Shown one piece after another: positions 9,201 to 15,207 of a stretch of 32,000 nt of DNA. Source of the DNA: Candidatus Saccharimonadota bacterium (GTDB lineage: Bacteria > Patescibacteriota > Microgenomatia > UBA1406 > GWC2-37-13); contig CP065004.1 of NCBI GenBank assembly GCA_016700135.1, positions 180,001 to 212,000 on the forward strand, read 5' to 3'. A program made the translations under genes and the position numbers. The notes below the pieces were generated by a model. It ran no database searches. It saw only the letters and a list, made by a program, of their open reading frames with translations, and had not been told where the DNA came from. Every line of letters begins with the position of its first letter. Position 1 is the stretch's first letter.

Positions 9201-10329
9201 AAAAAACAGTTTGCGGATTGAGCATGTACCCGGTACTTGCATCTGAGACAAGTTGTGCAAACGGTTTCTTTGACCCTCCATCGATGACCGGTGCAAAGAT
9301 TTTGTGTACCATGTAAATCAATGTTTTGTTGATTTCATGTGTAGCTTCTTTAGAAGCACGTTCCTTGCGCTTCTCGGGATCAGCTATTGCAAGTACTTTC
9401 GGATCCTCACGCAGTTTCCGTTCATATATTTCTTTGTAAAAGTCCCTGAACCGTTCAGGAGATTCCATATGACGAAGCAGCTGACTGGCCAACTTGACAT
9501 CCGGATCATCTGCCCCTCCCTGTTCAATAAGATTCGCAAGGTATTTATCTTCATTTCTCGTAAATTCCGAAGCGCCCTGCATCTCATCCATCGCCTGTCG
9601 GATTTCTTCCCGCTGTGCCTCAAGTTCCGTCGCACGGGCCTGTCTGGCTTCGGATTTTTTGTTTGTTAAATCTTCTTGAGTGATGTTGGTTATTGTACCT
9701 TCATCAATCATTTCATTCACTATGTCCGTAAGGAAAGATTTTGCTAAAGACCCACTTCGACCGGTTCCCAGAATATCTTTGAGATCTGTTTCTAATGGGG
9801 TAGGAGGAGCACCTGCACTGGAAAATCGTATATAATCAGGATTATTTATTAAGCCATTAATAATCGCTTGGATATATGGAGCATCAGAGGGACTAAAGCC
9901 CCTGGAAAGTTTTAGCACAAGTTTGTCAAAAAATGCTGCCGAAGTGGGATCAGCCGGTTTGGTAATAAGCCCTTCCTGTGCTGCAACTTTAAATAAGTCA
10001 ATCGAATCATGTACACTGTTTACAACAGGTGCAATATCACGTGACACCTGTCCTCCACTTAATTCGATCGTTTTAGAAGTCATTTCGGCTTCCCGTGATT
10101 TTGACTGGATATCGGATTTAATACTTTGAGTGACAGCAATACGAATTCTATCTTTCTGCTGCTCATCCACCTGGTCTTTGTTCGCCTTATAGTCCTCAAT
10201 CTGTCTTCTGGCCTGTCTGAACTCCATACTCTCACGCCGTCTTTCAGACGATCCGTTCCCGCCGTTTGATCTCTCATTTGATCGGTTTGGGTTCTGACCA
10301 CCGGGTTGTGATTCTTGATTGACAGTCAT
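6295..10329 (-). CDS. very large (1344 aa) hypothetical protein, C-terminal tail anchor
   Basis: Uninterrupted 4035-nt ORF. The N-terminus is low-complexity and basic (QESQPGGQNPNRSNERSNGGNGSSERRRE). The body is charged and helical-looking. There is one hydrophobic helix at the extreme C-terminus (PKYMILVALAVLILAAK). No Walker A or other catalytic motif seen. Confidence 0.85.
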   Translation of the reverse strand: MTVNQESQPGGQNPNRSNERSNGGNGSSERRRESMEFRQARRQIEDYKANKDQVDEQQKDRIRIAVTQSIKSDIQSKSREAEMTSKTIELSGGQVSRDIAPVVNSVHDSIDLFKVAAQEGLITKPADPTSAAFFDKLVLKLSRGFSPSDAPYIQAIINGLINNPDYIRFSSAGAPPTPLETDLKDILGTGRSGSLAKSFLTDIVNEMIDEGTITNITQEDLTNKKSEARQARATELEAQREEIRQAMDEMQGASEFTRNEDKYLANLIEQGGADDPDVKLASQLLRHMESPERFRDFYKEIYERKLREDPKVLAIADPEKRKERASKEATHEINKTLIYMVHKIFAPVIDGGSKKPFAQLVSDASTGYMLNPQTVFYNLKKKIMYLAHPISERDTKWEEDGIKYYQYRNTKKKTWVPREGDKGESVVLGKFVEETESMELRESSYKEFLENMYLSIDAEKDLLETGINFNYLMSTGQTQEQQSFFQQAAQYAKQTLPANRLDELYKLPFADLVEAAKIQLSSYYKKKMAMNHWRKDPEVLLGLFENMNEVESEALKDMIHNFGDMPEWVIKRAIIHARMHLSLVNLEIHALSSYSHAPVTDLAKPTYRDPALKNLDVFRTWYGAEMWQVTDAYVKGMAFMPQPNRDWYIEDWVHEDITAEGRDIYDQSFLLGNMAVVDRKNYNEKMLPNIMELNPMGNGGVEIQLGWRMKYAMYPWLQDMLDPLNNENQLDLSAAKDPEHHALEYGWKRIENISANMLKIYRDEFLWGHENAYMKETEGGGVKQEKHYENFFKFLYRRYFKDGLGKDGFYPDVNSEQEFWEKKIRPILHQKTQPGKGESIKSAKNRNLENKIGSLKEIVNNALTIVAFERVPMDFVFMESSTRSQNGVTLLQELQDHFHTTEGTSVQELDNSFDDILFVQQKARTASIEQMNDHIRKQTDNGDKVKTLYGENIESLKADRSDIEIVEGQEKKGYALDSDVIKKVLEQKYQGISHLSQEEKDKRINRALAVYEQIKARMIQKPQENPHAEKPVVTDTRKKMAMKMHKINPNDKAAVERFEDEYPEELKRKYREYYNNTVTNRLTWSKGEIIGATSGMPINDTAYQYLELVRGGRDMVQRSISAIASMQERYKNDVTGGGLLSALKKYYRKEDLEALHELITEMRTSIKDEDEDQANQMAMRVLENAMNVMRINSEAENFLVEAQYMTQHRLRSAFSTVVKEGPEYPLHREDRYRIVTDFLHYAQFPKRTPESAKVYETVPSYQERWADKGWIGEQVGKVADMLFGTQDGNVVRNKWAEMSGDGLRDREIANIAHLIMREGPKYMILVALAVLILAAKRGFEENES

Positions 10330-10336
10330 AAGAGAA

Positions 10337-10345
10337 AGTATAGCA
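10337..10345 (-). promoter_or_regulatory. extended -10 TGCTATACT, 7 nt upstream of ATG 10329
   Basis: Minus strand reads TTGCTATACTTTCTCTTATG. It lies at the gene-proximal edge of the AT-rich tract (about 10360-10425). Confidence 0.45.
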
Positions 10346-10411
10346 AGAAAAGAGGAAGAATAGAAGAATTATGATATATTTTGATATATAAAATATTATT
10401 TTTATATATAT

Positions 10412-10615
10412 TTATACTTTTCTATATACTAAATCCTTTAAGATCGTCCATGAACTGGAGATAACATGAAATGACATTGAGGAAGTCCGCATATACTGTG
10501 AAACATCACAATGAAGACAGGTGACGGCAGAACTCATTCCGAAAAAGATAATGAGATCAAACAAGAAGATTGCCGGTAACAGAAAAAGGCTTAAGATGAC
10601 TAATACTCTTTTCAT
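10412..10615 (-). CDS. possible small membrane/secreted protein (67 aa)
   Basis: Hydrophobic N-terminus (MKRVLVILSLFLLPAIFLFDLIIFFG). An extended -10-like box, TGCTATACT, lies 6 nt upstream of the ATG. It is short and no homology is recognisable. Confidence 0.35.
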   Translation of the reverse strand: MKRVLVILSLFLLPAIFLFDLIIFFGMSSAVTCLHCDVSQYMRTSSMSFHVISSSWTILKDLVYRKV

Positions 10616-10621
10616 AGAAAA

Positions 10622-10630
10622 AGTATAGCA
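10622..10630 (-). promoter_or_regulatory. extended -10 TGCTATACT, 6 nt upstream of ATG 10615
   Basis: Minus strand reads ATGCTATACTTTTTCTATG. Same GCTATACTTT core as at 10337-10345. Confidence 0.4.
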
Positions 10631-10660
10631 TCTTAAGCCTTCTGATTTCCAGAGTTGCGG

Positions 10661-11179
10661 TTATTCAATATCAATTTTGATATCTTCTTCCCGTTCTTCG
10701 ACTTCTTCACGATGTTCATCATTCTCACGCGCGACATCTACCACCAATCGTCTGTCCCGGCCTTCCCCTATTGAATAACTGGTCAGATCAGGGTAGGTCT
10801 TTGCGATGTATTCATGCATGATGCGTCTTTCATATGACGAAAAACCCCGAAGATACGTCGCAGACTGTCTGTCCTGTACTTTTGTCGCTGCCTGATCGGC
10901 AATATATTCAAGTCTTTCGATCTGCTTCTCACGATAATCATTGACGTTGATGAGCAGGTCCGCTTTTTCACCTGTTTCTTTGAAGATTATTACCTCAAGA
11001 ATCTTCTGTAATGCACGAATCGTTTCACCATGACGTCCGATCACTGTAGGGGCTTCATCATCGGTTTTAATATTGACATGATACATGCCTTCTTCTTCCG
11101 TGACTTCTACTTCGGCATTCTCAACCATTTTATTGAGAAGGTCCTGAGTGTGTTTTTTTATGATTTCTGCTTTTTCCAT
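10661..11179 (-). CDS. jag: Jag/KhpB-type RNA-binding protein (KH + R3H domains)
   Basis: KH GXXG loop in VIGRHGETIRALQKIL. R3H signature in YERRIMHEYI. Canonical position downstream of yidC. Confidence 0.85.
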   Translation of the reverse strand: MEKAEIIKKHTQDLLNKMVENAEVEVTEEEGMYHVNIKTDDEAPTVIGRHGETIRALQKILEVIIFKETGEKADLLINVNDYREKQIERLEYIADQAATKVQDRQSATYLRGFSSYERRIMHEYIAKTYPDLTSYSIGEGRDRRLVVDVARENDEHREEVEEREEDIKIDIE

Positions 11180-11201
11180 AAATTGAACAATTATTAATTA
11201 C

Positions 11202-11218
11202 TAAGGCTCTAGACTAGC
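11202..11218. repeat. IS terminal inverted repeat (jag-proximal end)
   Basis: TAAGGCTCTAGACTAGC is the perfect reverse complement of 11906-11922. Confidence 0.8.
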
Positions 11219-11883
11219 ACATTAACAATTTGTAATAGTTCATTGTAAAGGATCGATGGGGATTTGCTCCATCTCCATTCACACTCTTTCAAGTGTAATG
11301 GAAAGTTTTTCTTTACACCATTGAACTTAACGAGACGTCTTTTACAAAAGGACCAGAATGACTCTATGCCATTGATATGGACCCCTTTTGTATTTGAGAA
11401 CTCATTTTTCTTGTGATTGATTCTCAAATGTTTGTCATACCCGACATCAACAAGTCCGTTGTATCCGCTCCACGAATCTGAATATACAGTACTGTTCAAG
11501 TCAATCTTTCCCTTCATAACAGCATGTAGCGTTCTTCTTTTACAGTTTGGAATGATACGAGTAAATACACGTCCTTGACGCTCATATATCCCAAATACTA
11601 CCTGCTTAAATGACGTCCCACGACCTCTTTTACTTGACTTGCCTCTCATCCTTCGAGGTCCAAAGTATGATTCATCAATTTCTATCTCACCACCAACATA
11701 TCGTTGCATCTGGTGCACTTGGTGATGATATATGAGTTGACGAATATTATTGTAATATTTGTTGACTGTATTGCGGTTGAGACCCAAAATACCAGAGGTC
11801 TGTGTAGCACTCAGATCGTGTGCAAAACACCATAGTATCTTTTTTCTCTTGTATTTTGATATCGGCCTATTGTTACAAACCAT
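11209..11883 (-). CDS. IS1595-family DDE transposase
   Basis: 224 aa. HTH-like LNRNTVNKYYNNIRQ; IEIDESYFG; SDSWSGY; HINGIESFWSFCKRRL. These are characteristic of DDE_Tnp_IS1595 proteins (from memory; confirm by HMM search). Confidence 0.8.
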   Translation of the reverse strand: MVCNNRPISKYKRKKILWCFAHDLSATQTSGILGLNRNTVNKYYNNIRQLIYHHQVHQMQRYVGGEIEIDESYFGPRRMRGKSSKRGRGTSFKQVVFGIYERQGRVFTRIIPNCKRRTLHAVMKGKIDLNSTVYSDSWSGYNGLVDVGYDKHLRINHKKNEFSNTKGVHINGIESFWSFCKRRLVKFNGVKKNFPLHLKECEWRWSKSPSILYNELLQIVNVLV

Positions 11884-11889
11884 ACCTCT

Positions 11890-11898
11890 AGTTTAGCA
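11890..11898 (-). promoter_or_regulatory. extended -10-like TGCTAAACT, 6 nt upstream of the transposase ATG
   Basis: Minus strand reads GTGCTAAACTAGAGGTATG, inside the IS. Confidence 0.35.
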
Positions 11899-11905
11899 CT
11901 ACTCT

Positions 11906-11922
11906 GCTAGTCTAGAGCCTTA
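11906..11922. repeat. IS terminal inverted repeat (yidC-proximal end)
   Basis: GCTAGTCTAGAGCCTTA is the perfect reverse complement of 11202-11218. Confidence 0.8.
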
Positions 11923-11926
11923 CTAA

Positions 11927-12757
11927 TTACTTAGTTACTGACTTTGCTTTTCTCTCATCAATATAATGCTGGATTATACTAAATAGCGAAAACGTATTCC
12001 AATACAGCGACAAGCCGAGAGGGAGAGTATATGAAAAATACCCGATCATAACCGGGAATATATATTTCATTTGTGTACCCATCGCTCTCTGGAATTCATC
12101 TGCCGTACTTGGTTCTTCTTTTGCATCTTTCTTTTTCAGTTCATTAGAGTCAGTTTTTTTCGGTTCATCCATTTGCGGCATCGTGACTTTCGACTGGAAA
12201 TACTGCAAAACCGCAGTTATTACCGGTACCAGGTAGTAATACCACAGACCTGACTGTGCCGGTGATAACGCAAGGTTATAAACAAAAAAATTCGGATCTA
12301 TCTGAGAAATGGTGAGAGCCGGATGATACAGTTTGTCGTTGATCTCCCGGACGATTTTTCCGTCTTTATCATTCGTCAAAAAGAGTTGTAGTGTGTGATA
12401 CAGACCGTAAATAAGCGGGATTTGAAGAATGGCAAAAAGACAGCCGGCAGCCGGGTTAATTCCGGCCTCCTGGTAGATACGCATTTGTTCTTTTTGCAGG
12501 GTTTGAGGATCTTTTTTGTGTTTTTTCTGCAAAGCATCAAGATGAGGTTTGATTTCCTTCATCTTTTTTGCGGTATCCAGCTGCTGACGGAAGAAGGGAT
12601 GCATGAGAAGCCTTATCAGCACCGTAATTGCAATAATGGCAAATCCGAAGGCGCCCGGCAATCCTATCCTGACAAATATGTCATAGAAAACGACCAGTGC
12701 ATTCGTTACCGGCTGAATGAAAATCAGGTTAAAAAAATCAATAAGAAATTGCGGCAC
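11927..12757 (-). CDS. yidC: YidC/Oxa1-family membrane protein insertase (short form)
   Basis: 276 aa. Typical pattern GFAIIAITVLIRLLMHPF ... MKEIKPHLDALQKKHKKDPQ ... QIPLIYGLYH ... LGLSLYW. GTG start at 12757. The stop codon (11927-11929) lies inside the putative IS target-site duplication. Confidence 0.9.
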   Translation of the reverse strand: MPQFLIDFFNLIFIQPVTNALVVFYDIFVRIGLPGAFGFAIIAITVLIRLLMHPFFRQQLDTAKKMKEIKPHLDALQKKHKKDPQTLQKEQMRIYQEAGINPAAGCLFAILQIPLIYGLYHTLQLFLTNDKDGKIVREINDKLYHPALTISQIDPNFFVYNLALSPAQSGLWYYYLVPVITAVLQYFQSKVTMPQMDEPKKTDSNELKKKDAKEEPSTADEFQRAMGTQMKYIFPVMIGYFSYTLPLGLSLYWNTFSLFSIIQHYIDERKAKSVTK

Positions 12758-12797
12758 AATTAAAGTGATAATTTATAAGTAGGCTTCACGACATCAA

Positions 12798-12935
12798 TCA
12801 GATAGAAAGTGACTTACGTCCTTTTTGTCTTCTGCGTTTGATGACATCCTGGCCTTTTTTGGTAGCCATTCGGGAAAGAAATCCGTGTGTTGTCTTTTTC
12901 TTTTTTGCCTTGGGCTGATATGTTTGCTTTGCCAT
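12798..12935 (-). CDS. rpmH: 50S ribosomal protein L34
   Basis: Hand translation of the minus strand gives [45 protein letters not shown], 45 aa, with the classic L34 pattern. It is not in the ORF track because it is under 60 aa. The listed ORF 12814..13014 is another frame of the same DNA. Confidence 0.9.
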   Translation of the reverse strand: MAKQTYQPKAKKKKTTHGFLSRMATKKGQDVIKRRRQKGRKSLSI

Positions 12936-12970
12936 AGTGTTCTGTATAACTTCTAAATATTGTAAACAAA

Positions 12971-15130
12971 TTACCTTGTGATTGCGAACGGAGTATCAAG
13001 TATTGAGACTTCATCTCCGAAATACTGCTGCCATACTGCCTCAGTTACAAAAGGCACATACGGATGAAGCATCTTCAACGTCTTGGTGTAGACTTCTTCG
13101 AGCAGTTCGTAAGCACCCATATTACCACTCTGCATCGCTCCTTTCAACTGTTCTATGTATAAATCTGCAAATCGGTGCCAGAGAAAATCGTATGAAAGAT
13201 CATAAGCTTTTGCAAACTCAAATTTTTTAAAGTGCTGGTGATACTTTTTCTCAAAAGCGGCAAATTCCTTCTCCAGCTGCTTCATACTTGTCATTTGCTC
13301 TTCGGTCAGTTTTTCGGCATTTTTACTGTTATTGTCTTTATTCATCGATATAAATCTGCCTATGTTCCAGATTTTATTCCCGAAATTGCGCATAGATCTG
13401 ATTTTGTCTTCGGAAAGTACGACATCTCCGCCTTCTTTGGTACCGAATATGAGCGCTGATCGCAATGCATCCGCTCCGTATTTCTCAATCATATCGAGCG
13501 GATTGATCACGTTTCCTTTGCTTTTGCTCATCTTCTGTCCTTTCGAATCACGGACCATTCCGTGCAGGAATACATGTTCAAACGGTACCCGTTTTGTTTC
13601 ATAGTATCCTACCATAATCATCCTGGATACCCAGGCGCGCAAAATGTCATATCCGGTCTCCATGACCGATGTCGGATAAAAATAATCAAAATAGTCTTTT
13701 GAAATTGACTGTAGTGTCGCAAATGGCCACTGGGCACTGGAAAACCAGGTGTCAAATGTGTCTTCATCCTGGACAAACTGGCAGTTTCCGCAGACCTGAC
13801 ACTTTTTAGGTTCTTCAACGCTCACAAACCAGTTCTTCGCAGAAGAACTGTCCTGAGTTTTACCGAAGGACCCAGATTGATTTTTACTCATACACCTATA
13901 TGCAGGAATACGGATTCCCCATACAATTTGTCGAGATACATTCCAGTCAATAAAGTTTTCAAGGATCGCGATAAGTTGTCGTTTAAACCGTTTGGGATGC
14001 ACCTGAATCTTATCCTGCTTCACAAGTTCGATAGCTTTATCTTTGAGAGGTTGGACATTGATAAACCACTGCTCTTTCGGAAGGGGCTGCAGCACTGAAC
14101 CGCAGCGATAACAAGTACCGACCACCATCGCGTGATCCTTCGTTTTTTCCAAATACCCGCCTTCTTCAAGTTTTTCCAATACGATTTTCCGTGCTTTCGT
14201 GAAGTACACACCGTCGACAACACCGGTATTCTGCATCTTGCCGCCGAAATCAATCACCGTGTCATAAGAAAGGGTATGTCTGTTCCCTACTTCGAAATCA
14301 TTGAAATCATGTGCAGGAGTCACTTTCACCGCACCCGTACCGAACTTCGGATCAACATAGTCATCCGCGATTATTGGGATTTCTCTATCAGTCAACGGAA
14401 GTTTTACTGATTTTCCGATGTATGTTTTATATCGTTTGTCAGAAGGATGCACCATCACCGCCGCATCTCCGAACATTGTTTCAGGACGGGTTGTCGCAAC
14501 GGTAATATGTCCCGAACCATCCACCAGAGGATACTGCACGTAATACAATGTTCCCTGCACGTCTTTGTCAGCGACTTCAAGATCAGAAAATGATGTTCCG
14601 CATGAAGTACAGTAGTTCACCAGTCTGTTTGCACGATAAACCAATCCCTCTTTATGAAGATCTGCAAATGTCTGATATACGATTTTTACAATATCCTCAT
14701 CCATCGTAAACTTTTTATTGGACCAGTCCAAAGCAAATCCCAGTCTTCTTAATTGGTTCTCCATCGTACCCCGGTTTTGCATCACGAAGTTCCAGATATT
14801 ATCAAACAGTGTTTTCCGATCGAAATCGAAGCGGCTTTTCCCTTCTTTTTTCAGATGTTTTTCATACACAAACTGCGTCTCAATTCCGGCATGATCCGCT
14901 CCGGCGAGCCACAAAACTTCTTTTCCCATCAGTTTGTTGTAACGGATCATCACGTCTTCGTATACATACATTGCATGCCCGAGATGAAGGTCGGCATTAG
15001 CATTCGGAGGCGGAAGAATGATACAGAACGGTTTCTTTTTTTTATCAACTTGAGCTTTGAAATATCCTTTGTCTTCCCAGAAATGATAGAGCTTCTCTTC
15101 GTATTGTTTATAGTTGTAAGTATTGTCCAT
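12971..15130 (-). CDS. valS: valyl-tRNA synthetase (719 aa, short C-terminus)
   Basis: HIGH region [14 protein letters not shown]; KMSKSKGN; class Ia editing-domain-like middle. Start trimmed to the ATG at 15130 ([15 protein letters not shown]), which is preceded by AAGGA. Confidence 0.9.
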   Translation of the reverse strand: MDNTYNYKQYEEKLYHFWEDKGYFKAQVDKKKKPFCIILPPPNANADLHLGHAMYVYEDVMIRYNKLMGKEVLWLAGADHAGIETQFVYEKHLKKEGKSRFDFDRKTLFDNIWNFVMQNRGTMENQLRRLGFALDWSNKKFTMDEDIVKIVYQTFADLHKEGLVYRANRLVNYCTSCGTSFSDLEVADKDVQGTLYYVQYPLVDGSGHITVATTRPETMFGDAAVMVHPSDKRYKTYIGKSVKLPLTDREIPIIADDYVDPKFGTGAVKVTPAHDFNDFEVGNRHTLSYDTVIDFGGKMQNTGVVDGVYFTKARKIVLEKLEEGGYLEKTKDHAMVVGTCYRCGSVLQPLPKEQWFINVQPLKDKAIELVKQDKIQVHPKRFKRQLIAILENFIDWNVSRQIVWGIRIPAYRCMSKNQSGSFGKTQDSSSAKNWFVSVEEPKKCQVCGNCQFVQDEDTFDTWFSSAQWPFATLQSISKDYFDYFYPTSVMETGYDILRAWVSRMIMVGYYETKRVPFEHVFLHGMVRDSKGQKMSKSKGNVINPLDMIEKYGADALRSALIFGTKEGGDVVLSEDKIRSMRNFGNKIWNIGRFISMNKDNNSKNAEKLTEEQMTSMKQLEKEFAAFEKKYHQHFKKFEFAKAYDLSYDFLWHRFADLYIEQLKGAMQSGNMGAYELLEEVYTKTLKMLHPYVPFVTEAVWQQYFGDEVSILDTPFAITR

Positions 15131-15207
15131 ATTTTTCCTTCTATGTAGCTGTAATGTATCAAAAATAGCTTGAAATTGCAATACAAACGTAGTATCTTAG
15201 CACTTAT

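Larger units (their letters stand above)
11202..11922 (-). mobile_element. IS1595-family (ISXO2-like) insertion sequence
   Basis: Single transposase ORF bounded by 17-bp perfect terminal inverted repeats: TAAGGCTCTAGACTAGC at 11202-11218, and its reverse complement at 11906-11922. Flanking TAATTAC at 11195-11201 and 11924-11930 is a candidate target-site duplication. The ends are uncertain by up to 7 bp because the flank is itself partly palindromic. Confidence 0.8.

Noticed and set aside
6802-9679. Multiple 60-130-aa plus-strand ORFs inside the 1344-aa gene
   Set aside because: They are antisense to a long, uninterrupted ORF and are Phe/Ile/Leu-rich, as expected from the complement of a Lys/Glu/Asn-rich gene. 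There is no independent start context.
10360-10425. AT-rich tract with TGATATAT / TATATA repeats as a possible replication origin or CRISPR-like array
   Set aside because: It is too short. There are no DnaA-box-like 9-mers or regularly spaced repeats, and dnaA/dnaN are not adjacent. It fits better as promoter-region AT-rich DNA.
12814-13014. 66-aa minus-strand ORF from the track
   Set aside because: It is an out-of-frame shadow of rpmH (12798-12935) that also runs into the valS 3' end. The L34 frame gives a textbook protein, whereas this one has no recognisable features.
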